This document shows positions 1 to 13,300 of a DNA stretch of 64,000 nucleotides, one piece after another (positions within the stretch are counted from its first letter, which is position 1; every line of letters starts with the position of its first letter). Origin of the DNA: Phoronis australis (lineage: Eukaryota; Animalia; Phoronida); the NCBI GenBank assembly GCA_002633005.1, contig NMRA01000170.1, positions 712,730 to 776,729 on the forward strand, in the 5' to 3' direction. The notes under the pieces are model-generated. The model saw only the letters and a program-made list of their open reading frames with translations. It was not told the origin of the DNA and made no database searches. Position numbers and translations under genes: made by a program.

Positions 1-1134
1 AGTAAACTTTATGGATACAACAAACTTAAGAGGAAGATTATTTACAGACAGGTAGAGAAAGATTTATTCAAAAGAAAAGTGTATAAACAGATGCAAACAC
101 AAACAGAGTAAACGTAAAAATTAGTGGTTCACGTGAATCAAAATACATTATATAACAATGCACATAATTTAGACACTCGCAGTCATTTTCAAGATTATAG
201 TTGTAACAAAGTATTTAAAGGTTTTCAAGACATAGCATCTGAAACTGAATGTTTTTCATTTTTCTGGCCTCTGCCTTGCTAAACTTGACGTGATGGCTCA
301 CGCATCCATTTTCAAAACGATGTGCAACCATTTCATGGTAGCTGAGACCCATGTGTAAAATACGATCCACGGGAACTGAATTTGAATTCTCGTGGTTGTG
401 AGTACATTTTTGGGATACCTTTAGCTAAAATTTGCCTTAAGCCACCAGAAACTGGGCAACATGTGTTTTAACAAGAGATTTTGAAACAGCCCCAAAGACA
501 GTGTACCAGGAATCCATCCTGGAACCTCAGCTTTTCAAAATATACCTACAAAGCATGACCCTAATAAAATGAATTTTCCTTAAACTGGACCATAATTAAA
601 TAAATCTTGACCTTAGTCCCACACAAACAGATAAGTACAAGCTGAGCGTCTTGTCTCAAATGAATTATAGTAGCTAAGCTGACCAGCCGCTAGCCTAGTT
701 CATGCAATTTGTATCTTCACACCTTCAATTGGTTTGAGATATCAGCCGACAGCTATAGTTCTTTTGAGGCATACAGGACAGCTCCCAGCCCTTAAGCCCG
801 TTCTCTCTCTGTGAAACATGGTTACACGAGTCCCAGTGTGGGTTTGGCCCCACTTATGGGTGGCGTGGGAGCTGTTGCAGTACTGGCAAAATCTGAGGAA
901 TGGGAGACAGAGGTGGTTGGTCAACCCCAAAATTTCAAATTTGAAAATGGCCATTAATGCGTTGCCTGTTTTGAGTTGTTGTGGCTCTATATAAAGCCTG
1001 CCAGATATTGTGCCCAAAGCAGTGTTGGTCACTTGCATACCATAATGATTGACTGGCAAGATATTGTGCACAAAACCATGTTGTTCACTTTTTACTTCCT
1101 GTTACAGTTGGACATGTGACGACACTTGGCTACG

Positions 1135-1382
1135 ATGAGTGACGGGCAACATATTGGATACAGCACCAAGGCAGCCTTCCGCATATTGCATGATGATTTA
1201 TCACGTGAAGTTGATCGTTACAAGGCAAGCCTGAATGAGCCAACATGTAGCCAGTTGTTGTACACCTCTATGTTCCATCACAATAATCGCCTGTCTGTCC
1301 TTCACTGGGTCACCTGTGTCATCATTCTCCTACAGTCAGTGTTCTTGCTAGTTGCTTATGGTCTAGGAGGTGACTCCTACAG
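1135..1382 (+). CDS. TMEM94: TMEM94 coding exon 1 (acceptor AG at 1106-1107; a non-coding exon lies further upstream)
   Basis: ATG at 1135, MSDGQHIGYSTKAAF...HWVTCVIILL; donor AG|gtaaca, phase 2. Confidence 0.85.
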
Positions 1383-4300
1383 GTAACACAGCTCTACCTT
1401 GTTGAAATATATTTTGCAGGCTAAATGTAATTAGGTTTTACTAAAGTTCGTTGATGCATCTTGGACTTCTTACCATTGATGTCAAATTTGTCTGTGTAAC
1501 TTTCTCTGAAATCTTGTTCAATTATGTACCATTTGTCAGTATTATTATGCTTGCATACTCTTTAAATGGACCTTGTTCCGTTGTTGCAAGTGAGTCATTG
1601 AAGCTAGAAGCGTATGTTAGCATGCAAGATGTAGTTAAGTACACAATAAGGCTTGCACCACTTACATTGGTCAACTGCCTTTGATCAAAGATCGGATGTA
1701 TAGTAGCTGCTCTAATACAATCCTGGATTTTCATCTGGAGGAATAATTAGTGCCTGAAGATGGAGCTGTTAAACACATACTACCAATAGATGATGATCAC
1801 TGGCTAGTTATTTTATTACCTTGAGTCATCCTCTGCTCTACGTTGTATACATAAATAGCCAGCTGCATTGTCATGTTGACTGGTCCTCTGTATTATGGAG
1901 ATGACTTGCTAGTTATATTGGATCATGTTGACTGGTCTTCTTTATTGTACAGATGACTAGCTTGCTGCAGTGACTCATATTGACCAGTCCTCTTTATTGT
2001 AGAAGTGACTGGCTTGCTGCATTGGGTCATATTGACTGGTTCTTGTTATTGCAAACTGAGATAACTGGCTTGCTGTAGTGCTCTTTATTGTATAAACGAC
2101 AGTCGTGCTGTATTGGGTAACATTGACTGGTGCTCTTTTTTGTAGAGATGACTGGCTTGCTGTTGAAGCCCTTTTTATCCTCTTGTTGTTACTGGCAAAC
2201 ATCTACCTACTGGTATGGGATCAGAAGTTGTATAACAATGAAATGGTTCATGCAGTCCACAGGGTTCTTAAAGTCATCGAAGGTAAGGATATTGGCTCTT
2301 CAGTCATTTGGCTGTGATGTCACACTAGAGCACACACAGCATGCTTGGCCAGACACTAGCTGAATTGAATCTAATGTGGCACAACACCGTTAGACATAGT
2401 GTTAATTGAATGTCCTTGGCACAGCTCTGCGTGCCAAATTTAAATGTCACAGCAGGTGTTTCAGAGAAGACATGATTATGAGGGGTCATCAATACAGTTA
2501 TTAGCAAAGATGATTGCAATGGGCTGCGACTAAGCAGCCAACTCTGTACAAAATGCGGGAGGGAGTTTCCAAAATATCTCTAAATGTGTTCTATATTTCC
2601 TTACTTGATCACTGAGTGGATCATCATTCTGAGGCATCCAGTTGGTTGCAAACAGTGAATGAAAGACAACAATTACTGGGCTTACTGGATGTTGTGGCTA
2701 TCTCATGGGCTTCAGCAGACTTAAGTAACTAGCTGGAACCAGGCATGTCATGTGACTGATCACATGACAGCCGGCACTGTAGATCTTGACAGCATGAACC
2801 GCAGGCCTCCGTGTCTGTTCAAACACTGCCTCTTTCTCACCACGTTTGACCAGTGATGCATTCTTTGTCTGTTCATTATTATCAAAATGAAAAGAGGACA
2901 ACGCAGTTATGGAGTGTACAGTATATTTGTTGGAGAGTACAGTACAGTTATTGGAAGGGACATCTCAGTTATTGAGGGGGACAACAAGTTATTGGAAGGG
3001 TCAGCGCGGTTGTTTAAAGAAGACAATTGTTGGAAGAGACAGCTCACTTATTGGAAGAGACAGCTCACTTATTGGAAGGGACAGCAAGGCTAATGGATGG
3101 GACAGCACAGTTATTGGAGGGGACAGCACAGTTATTAGAGAGGACAGCACAGTTATTGGAGAGGACAGCACAGTCATTAGAGAGGACAAGACAGTTATTG
3201 GAGGGGACAAGACAGTTATTGGAGGGGACACCTCAGTTATTGGAAAGGACAGCACAGTTATTGGTAGGGACAGCACAGTTATTAGAGAATACAGGACAGT
3301 TATCAGAAGAGACAGCATGGTTATTTGGGAGGGCAGTATGGTTTTTGGAGAGGACAGCACAGTTATTAGAAAGTACAGGACACAGTTATTGGAGGGTACA
3401 ACTCAGTTAATGGAAAAGACAGCATAGTTTTTGGAGAGGACAGCACAGTTATTAGAAAGTACAGGACACAGTTATTGGAGGGTACAACTCAGTTAATGGA
3501 AAAGACAGCATGGTTATTGGAGAGGACAGCACATGTTATGAGACCGATTTTGTAAAAGTAAAAGGCCTGATTTGATTTTCAAATTTTTGACAGCTAGATT
3601 GCAGCTTTAACATGATCTCCACATCATATTCTGGCATAACAATCTCATGGTCGGTAAACAATCTAAATGTATTGAAATTTTTCCATGGTGTAGCTTTTTG
3701 TCACCGTCACTCTGGTGCAATCTAAGCTATTGATGTTACATTCATTCTAGTATAACGTATTGGACAAGTGTTATATTCATGTATCAAATTGGTGTTAAAT
3801 TGTGTGTAGTGTAATGTTTTCATTTTACTGTTATGGGTCTGTGAAATATTGGGCTGTCACCGTCAGTATAACAGTGACAGTCACTTTTGCAATATTGCAG
3901 TTGGTGCTTCCAAGGGCTACGTGTGGAACTCGGCTAACTACCTGAATGTGAATACACCTATCTCACCTTGTATTGGTGTTCAGTGGACATATAGGGATGG
4001 TGAGGTAGTCAACTTGCCCACTAGTCTGTTGGTCAAAGGTGATGTCATCGTGCTGCGACCTGGGCAAGAAGTGGAGGTCAAATGTCAACGTATTGAGGTG
4101 GGTCATTCAACAAGTATGAAAAGAGATCCTCACACAAATTCATTAATTTGGTCGAAAATTTGACATTTTGATCTCATGCTCACGACGCACTTTAGCCGCA
4201 GACTCTGTTTCAGTTGTACTTGGTTTCATATCAGTCTGGTGTTGGTTTTTAGATCAATCTGATTACAGTGCAGTTCCCTCTCGTGGCAAATTGTCATTGC

Positions 4301-7300
4301 ATCTGAGCACCCTCAAAGTGTTTACAGATTGTGATGCGCAGGGCAGGCACACATCACGGCAATTTTATTTTTATGCGTGCCACAATATCAACCCAAGTTC
4401 CTTGACGAATCTTCATGGTTTTGTGTCATTGATTTTTTCTCATACATAAGACAGATAAATGCTGTGCCTCTTTGTGGTTATTTAGTTTTTGCAGCTTTCT
4501 CTCTATGAAACCATGTAAAAGACAGTTATGGAACTTAGCTTGTATGTGTTTGTACTTTGGTACATCATGTATGTTGGATCAACGAATGTATTTTCTCTGT
4601 TACTGACAGAATAATGACACGGACCAGAGTGTGCTTCATCCAGGTGAAGTGTTCGCTCCTGAAATAAAGGGTAAACTGGATGGATTCTGTGAACCACAAG
4701 GGCGTACACCACTACAGCCTGAGACAGGAGTTGTTCTTGAAACTCCATTTGCTGCTAGCATACGGTAAGTATCTTTTTGAAGGCCAATTTTTGTGTTTGT
4801 AGAGTTAGTGTAAATTGCAATTTACACCATTTTTAAGTCCTATTCAGCTGTAATTAAACCTAACAAAAATTGCTAATTCAACTGAATTCAATGCAGTTGG
4901 CGAGGGTGAATATTCCTGTTTAAACAATCACTTAATATCTGTTCAATACATTGTCTATACTAGTCTTATGGCTTTTGTGTGCCCACATATTTATATGTGG
5001 GTACATATTGCCGCCATTCCTGTGGTCGCATATTGTCGTCACTTTGTCTGGTTGTCTGTGTGTCCGCTTGATATCTCAAAAGCCCGTGGTCGGATTTTGA
5101 CAAAATTGTGTGAAAGTATTTTGGGATGATATCTAGAGAACACATGGATGGATTTCAATGAAACTTGACACAAAAGGGTGTGACGTCAATGCGCTGGCAC
5201 CATTAAACTTTTCGGGCAGATTTAACTAACTTAGCACCTGCTAGAGGCCATTTTGTTATCGACAAGGGCTTTTCAAGTGTTGTTTCGGGGAAGAGCATTT
5301 TTGGATGATATCTAGAGAATCAATTGGTGGATTTCATGGAAACTTGACACAGAGGTATATGATGATATTGTGTCAGCCATTTTGTGTGACAGTATTTCCA
5401 GATGATGATCTTGAGCACTGATTGACGGTTTATAATATTGATACTACTGACTGACCAAACCTGTACGTTTTTTATGACTAATCAAACGTGTGCTGTGTTT
5501 ATGACTGATCAAATCTGTGCTGTGTTTATGACTGATCAAATCTATGCTGTGTTTCAGTGTTGTGTTGACAGAATCACACAATAAACCATGTAGCGTCCTC
5601 GAGAACGAACTCTACGTGGCCAGCACATTTTGGATGGAGAAAGTGCTGTTCCCTGCCGTCTTCACTATCGTCGTGATAACTGGTCTGCTGAGGTATTTCT
5701 TCCTCACTAACTCTGTTGGTGCTGGGCCAGAAATGTGGTTCGTGTTGCCGGTATGTACATTAATTGAAATGTCAATTCGACTAACAGTTTGTAGTTAGTC
5801 ATAAACTGAAATGTGACTTGCACTACAAGGCTTGACATTAACGACTGTCAGATTGTGCCGAACAACCTATTGGAAATCCAACTTGTCCTAGTGGACAACC
5901 TAAAATTTTTCGCAGTCGTGTGCTTAGGTCAATCCGATCTTAAACGCATCCAATCACAATGTACTTCCTGCAACCTAATTTAAGGGAACTAGCTTGATTA
6001 AGCCCTTAGCTGTGATGCCCGCTGGTCGATTACTTCAAAACAGCCAGGAAAAAACACAAAAAATTCAAAGTAAGCTTATCAACAGCATTGCATGATTTAC
6101 TATGCATACCGTATTCGCCGTAATAACCGCCCATGCCCCTATAAGCGCCCCCCACGCGTTTTCAGACTTATGCTAAAATAAGCGCCCAGTCCATGAACGT
6201 GTACATGAGAAAAATGTCTTACCTACAGTCCTAAAATTCTATAGTAACATCATCAATTTATCAATAATATCCGACAGTCCTGAAAAAACCATTGTGCGCA
6301 GAATTTGTAGACCACGAGCCTTGCCGCTATGTCGGTATTTAGCCGTGACTATACACTTCAAACTTCTGAACGTTTTTAGCACATGAGACCGCCAAGTGCT
6401 GAATGAAACACGCTCTGGTTTAGGCCTACTGCTTGTGCAAATTTCTTTAGATACAATGCACATGTAGTAGCTCGTTAGATTGCGTGGCTCTGGCCAAAAG
6501 ACGGTCTCTGCTCTGGCAAATGAACTCTGGTGTCACGCACGCACTCGCTTACTCAACACAGACGAACTTCAAAACAAGCGTCACATGACAACATGTGTAT
6601 TCGTCCAGAAATTTTTCTCATGTTGCCGATCATGCATGTAAATGGCACGATGTAGCACAGATTGTACTTAAACCTGCCGTTAATCCCGACTCCACGGGAA
6701 CTTAAAAATCTTAGGGGCTCTACTTGGAAAACTTCAGGAGGATTTCAGGTAATTTGCTTGAGTCGAAACTGTATTTTTATTCAAGAATTCAAGTCGCCAT
6801 ATCGATGATTGCGAGGCAGTCAGTCGGCGAGTTTTCGCCCTGGGATTTCAGCACAATTTTCTGTAAAATGATGGCAATGCACCACAATTTTGTAGTAAGT
6901 CTTTCATAGATTACAGATACATCACAGAGCGTAAATGTGATGAATCTTAGCTTTCGATTTCACCCGTTGGAGACCGGCTTTGAATGGCCTTGGGTTATAA
7001 TAATCCCCCCTACCCACCGAAACGAACTTTTCTAAGCGCCCTGGGCGGTTATTACGGCGAATACGGTAATAATAACTGCAGTAAACCCTTCATGTTGTCA
7101 CCTATTACCGTAACGACATTGACAACTTACAGTGTTTTTTCAATTTGTCGTCTCCTCCACACTGTGTCGAAAAGAAACAAAGGGTTAAATAATCTTGTAT
7201 TTCAAAAACGTTTCTGCCAATGCCAGTGCCAGTGAGGTCTGATCAACTTCCAAAGGTGATAAAAATAATAAAACAGAATATGAACTTAGGGTTACAGAGT

Positions 7301-10300
7301 CATGTATAATACGTCGTGTTTAAGGAAGAATAAAACAATTATTATTTCACAAATATTTAGTTAACATCAAGCGTTGACTTTGCAGTCCTTGACATCCTGG
7401 AGAATAGGTTTGACATTGGTCTCTAGAGGCATTGTAGTATATAAAATGGTCACTTACTTAGAGACATGGTTGGTTGACACATATCGTCTACAATGAAGTA
7501 CAACAATCATAAGGCTTTGTGGTAAAATCACTAAAAATTTATGTGCAAGGTTGTCATCCTTCCTTATTTTCTGGTATCAAGATAAACAAATATTTATGAA
7601 TCCAAAGTGAAATATATTTTGTGAAAGCAAATGATGTATAACCATTTCATTTTAGTTCAGGCATAGAACACAATCAACCTTGTGGGCTTACCGAATGACT
7701 AGTGGGAGTCTCATGATTTATCGTCTTGTCACTCTGTGTTGACTGGTGAAGTCTCATGAGACAGGTTTGAACAATTAAATCATTGGAATTATCCTCTGCA
7801 TCAATTGTCTGCGTCACACAAGGTGAGGAAGCCGGAATGAAGAGCTTCCTTGTTAACTTGGCGTAAAATTTAAAAGCTTAGTTTGAAGTCCTGTTATAAA
7901 ACTCACTGGATACAAAAATAAACAAGTCATGACTCAGCTAAGGTTAATTTGCTTTATCAAGAAATTAATTGTGTCTCTGGAAATGCACCGGATTATGGAA
8001 AATCGTGTCTTTTTCAATTTCATTGTTTATTACAGTAGTAGGGAAAGCGTTAGTGCCTACCCCGTGAGCTGAAAAGGAAACCTGAATTTGTACCACGGTT
8101 GCTGAACTGTGGTACAAAGTAGATCAGCAAAGGAGATGACATGAGTTGACTAAAAAAATGTAAAAAACTGCAACTGCAGTGTCAAATATACTTTGTTTGA
8201 ACTAATATTGGTTCAAATTTGTGGACATGCTCATTTTGAATTAGGACAAGTTGAATTAAAGTAGATTAGTCCAAAAGGACAACAAGTCAAGAAAGTTAAC
8301 GTCAAGACATGGCAGTGCTCAGCTCATTCGGATCTGAGCGCACTGTATTATTATTTTCAAAGACCGTCTAAAGCAATTTTTTCAATCAGGGTACTTTGTT
8401 TTAGCTTTCTTTGCGGCTATCTTAATTTATCATGACTACATTTGCCAATTCTTGAAAAAATAGCATTCCTGAAGACTCAGCTTCATACTCACTAAATAAA
8501 TGTTACTCACTCTAGGGCATAGAATTGTTTGAAAAATTATCCATTTTTATATCTTTGCTATTTGCAGTGTCTTTGGTTGGTGCATATGAACACTGCATTA
8601 CTTTTGTTATGTCCTCAGGTAAACACCATTCTCTCATCTGCACTCTGGTCATACCTGACCTGTATTTAAATCCTCAGGCAAACAAAGTTCCTCTGCCTTC
8701 TGGTCACACCTGAACTGTATTTAATTTCTCATGTAAACGCAGTTCCTCTGCCTTTTGGTCATACCTGAACTTTATTTAAATCCTCAGGTAAATAAAGTTC
8801 CTCTACCTTCTGATCACACCTGAATTGTATTTAATTCCTCAGGTAAACACAGTTCTTCTATCTCCTAGTTATATCTGAAATGTGTCCTCAAGTTAACGCA
8901 GTTCCTCTGCCCTCTTGTCATACCTGTACTATATCTATATCCTCAGGTAAACTCCATTCTGCCCCTCTGCCCTCTTGTCTTACCTGTTCTGTGTAAGGTG
9001 CTCAACATGTATTGTGCAGCCAGAGTAATCACCGTGTTTGAAGTTGCCAAATTACTTCCCCAAGATAGCTCTAAAAAGGTGAGTACCAGCCAAATACAAA
9101 TTATTGTCTGTTTGTAAAAGTCTGTTAAAAGTTTTAATGAAGGCAGAATGTTTTGCTTGAACTCAGGCTGTTTTTACAACCCTGTATAAATTATGTGAGG
9201 GCATATTGGCGTTACTATCTGACATCCAGCATTTTCTAATGTCCTTCCCGTGTCTGCAGCTTTATCTCTTAAATACTTTGCAGAATGCTCACGAAATGTT
9301 GCAGTGTGTTCTTATGAGGATGACTTCCGGACACCTCATGGCAACTGGTGTCTGCCTTCTTATGCTGTCTTAATTAAGCTTGTCATTCTGAATCTGTAAT
9401 TTTGACACAATTTGGATCAAATTTGACTCCAACATGTACAAGCTCAAGATCCCTTCGAAATTGAGCATTTTCTGCCATTAATTGACTATTTTGTGTCATC
9501 TTTTTGCAGTGTTGTTTTGTCACAATTTCATTATCTGGCCCTGATATTCATTTGTGTCCACAAGATTACCCCTGTGTTGTTCTTATTGCATGAATTTGAC
9601 TGTTGTTATGCCCCCTAGTGGCAGTTTTATTTTTTGCACCTGCCTCGACATCTACCGATTACTCTGACGAATCGTTATGGAATTGATTTGGGGTTTTTCT
9701 GTTAGTGCGAGCACAGCTTACCTTAACTTTTGCATGTATCTAGCTACTGTTGTGCCCCCTTGTGGCAATTTAACCTTTGTACCTCAATTTGTAACTAACA
9801 AGTCCCTTGCTAGGACTTTTTGAAATCTGATCGTTGTGTTCCATTAAGAACGATGTAGCCACTGCCCATTTTTACACGTCATCAGCGTGATTTGTGGCTC
9901 TTAATGGCAATTAAAGTTTCTTGGTGTTTTTTTTTTCTGGTAGCTGCCTTTCTGTCTCCCAAGCAGTTCAAAGATTCCTTTTGAGGTGTTTTTTGTAAAT
10001 GGAAACATGGCTCACGTTGCTATGCCCCTTCGTTTGGCGCTTTAAGTTTGATGATAGTCTTCATGAAATTTGGCAGTCAGAGATAAGATTTTATCCAGGA
10101 AACAACATCTGATTCATATTTTCAGATTACTAGCATAACATTACATAGGTTCACTACTAGTGTGTGAAAATGTTTAAAAAATAGTCACCACTTATTCACT
10201 GCTTGCACACTTAGGTGGCGCTGCAAAAATGATTATTGTACTTTGTTGTTCAGGATACAGTGTCTTGTTTTAGCATCAATTTTAACAAAGCACACGTGTT

Positions 10301-13300
10301 CCAGACATGCTGAACCATTTGAAGTTTGGACACAACACCTCGGTTTTGAGCATTATGGCAAATTCATGCAAGTAGTGAATAGATACCATTTGTGATGCAG
10401 ACGGTGGACACATGTCAGTGTTGGTCTTGTTGGTTTGTAGATTGGCCTGTTTAGTGTCTTAAAGTTTGTTTATTATTAAGCTGTGTTATCTATGTACCCT
10501 TCATATACTACACAGAAGGAGGTGGATGAGTACAGTACTGCCAGTAGTGAGATTGAACAGTCTGCTGTGGTCAACTTCACCTGGAGCCAGGTCTGGCATC
10601 ATTTCAAGAAGGTCGTGTCGGGTCATGACCTCGCCCTTGTCAGGACAGCAAATGTGGCTCATGCGCTTGGCCATGTAACAGTAAGTGGACACGTACTGCG
10701 TACAACGTATTGGAAACAATGCTTGTAGTAACATTATTGAACTATTTTGAACTGTACAAAAATTCATGGTTGGGTGTCCCATCTTAATATTAAGATAAAG
10801 TTAAGGAACCAATTCATCATGTGTGTTTCCCATGTAGACAGAAGAATAGGACCCGTTAAAACCAATATTTCCACTGTTTTATAATTAATTTGAAGATGTT
10901 ATTCACTGTCAAATAGACATTTCATTTGGCAATAATCTTTGATCTTGGTCTAGTTTTGTATTAGCCAGATGTGCCTCATTCTGGGTGTAGGCACAGCTTC
11001 ACAATCATATAGACACGTGCCTTATTCTGGATAAGTTTGAGGCTATAAATTTGCCACCAATAGGGTGCATTCATTTACACGTTACCATCGGTAGTTCTGC
11101 CGTGGATGTCAATGAGTCCTATCATAATGCTAACCAATAACTATGCGTATTCCACTTTCTGTTCAGACGTTGTGCTGTGTTGACAAGAAGGGCATCCTGT
11201 CATATGCTAACCCGTCACCTGAGAAGGTGTTCTTCTTTACCTCTGAAAGTAAAGGTAAAGGTCACAAGGTCAGTACATCAGCTGTCAGTCAAAGGGATGA
11301 TCAGGGAAGACGCTGTGAGGAAGAAGATGGTGAGGCTGATTTGACTAATACTTGTTACTTGAAGTAGTCGTGTTTTACTTGGCTATATGAAAATCTTGAC
11401 TTAAATTTTGGTTCGTTTCCTCAACGTTTCTTGTAGTTGAAAAAATAAAAGATTGTCTTAAGGCAATTGTTGACCTTTGTGGCTTTTTGGTTTCACAAAG
11501 TGATCTTTACTCATTCTTGTGAGTTTTTTCGTTGTTTTTGATTAGTTAACGTTCATCTGTTTTAAGGTGTTTTTGATCAGGGGACCTATGCTACTTAATA
11601 TAAAAAGTATTTCGAACCTTTTTCCATAAAATGAATTAGTAAACATAATGAATAACACAGTGAGCAGCCTGTGTTTTTACACTTTTCCATCCGATAACAG
11701 AGCTCCCTGACTAATACACTTCCTCAGCCCTGGTACATAACAAATTCTGTTTGACTTTAGCAATGGTGACAGAAACAGGTGCAAACAACGATTCAGCCAT
11801 TCACGACATCCTACTGTGATTCAGCCAGTCAGACAGTCATACAGTATTTGTAATGTGCCACTTGCTCAGTGCATCACGACTTCTGTGTTGAAGTATTGTT
11901 ATTTTATGAATTTCATTTTTGTAGAAATCTACTAGAAAGGTTCAAATTACTTAGTATGTAGAATCATTCCAAATTTACCAAAAGCACCTTAAAAACTTAA
12001 CACAAGAGTTATAATATACCAGTTTATTTTTTCTTCCAGCTGCTTGTTCTGATGACAGTTATGTGGAAGTTCTGGATTTGACTCACAATGCTAAGGTAAC
12101 ACAGTGACATCTGTTGACTATTTGAGATTTAGCAGTTTATCAAGAATTTTAAAGCTACATTGTGCACTCACTACTTGAGTGGTTCAAAAAGTTTTAACTG
12201 TATATTAAGGTAGGTATGAAGCTGTTTATTAAGCCAAAAATAACACCCATGATCTCCATATTGCAAACTGCATCACCATAGAAACCAGACACGCTATATA
12301 GCCTTACTTTACCACTCTTTTTCTTGTGGCAAAATTGATTAAAAACACTTGCCATGTTTAGAATGTTGTCCTGTTCAAATTATGATTGTCTGTATATTAA
12401 GCTTTGTCATTCCTTTTATTTGCAGAATGCATTTGGAGTTCAGTTTGATGATCCATCATTTCAAAAGTATCTAACATCTCTAAAACCTCTGGTAAGATGA
12501 ATATTTCAGACCTAGTTAACATTATGGTATGTGTGTAGACCTCACGTATCAGAATAGACAGACTTGAATAGTGGCTATAAAATTGCATTCCACCAAAGAA
12601 GCGAACCTTTTATCTAGACAAGTTTATAAAATTGATCTTTACTAGTTCCTTACTCCGGCAAGAAGTAGTTTTTGGGCTTGCAAAGAATGAACAGTTTGAT
12701 ATTCTGTAAGACCATGTTTGATGCCTAAATCGACACACTGACAAAACAAGTTGTAGTGCCTGATATCAGGCAATAACAAACTGTATAAATATACAGCTTT
12801 GCGCCAATGTGGGTAAAAAAGTGGCCAAATAAAATATGACACAAAATTAGTGTCATTAAAATCTACACTCTTCTTTGAGTGAACTAAATTATTTACCAGT
12901 GTTGGAAAAAATGGCATTCTACCGTTACTCTGCTGCTAAAATTGTGTTTAGATCTTTTGCGTCAGCTTTCGGCACCTTGAAGTGTTGCGTCACTTATTGG
13001 CCAGTTTCTTTTTTCGCCGATTCTTCAATCAACTGTTCTCTTCCACTAGGTTGCATACATGTCACAACAAATTATCGGAACTGGTTTCATTTCATTTCAA
13101 GTTTATAGTATTTTAATACTGTAAAAAATACCAGCAAACCCAATTTCAGAACAAATTGCAAAGCTGTCGTGATCTCCCGACAGATGTCGCAAAATTAAAA
13201 AAAAATGGCATCTGCGCGTGTCACAAGCGTACTGTTTTCAAAAAAAGCAACTTACAGTCTTTTTTGTTACAAAAGGTGGAGAATTGTGCATGAAAATGCA

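Noticed and set aside
2887-3427. Several long repetitive ORFs (DSTVIGG.. / LLEGTAQ..)
   Set aside because: By-products of a 21-bp minisatellite open in several frames on both strands, inside TMEM94 intron 2; the flanking exons join in phase without it.
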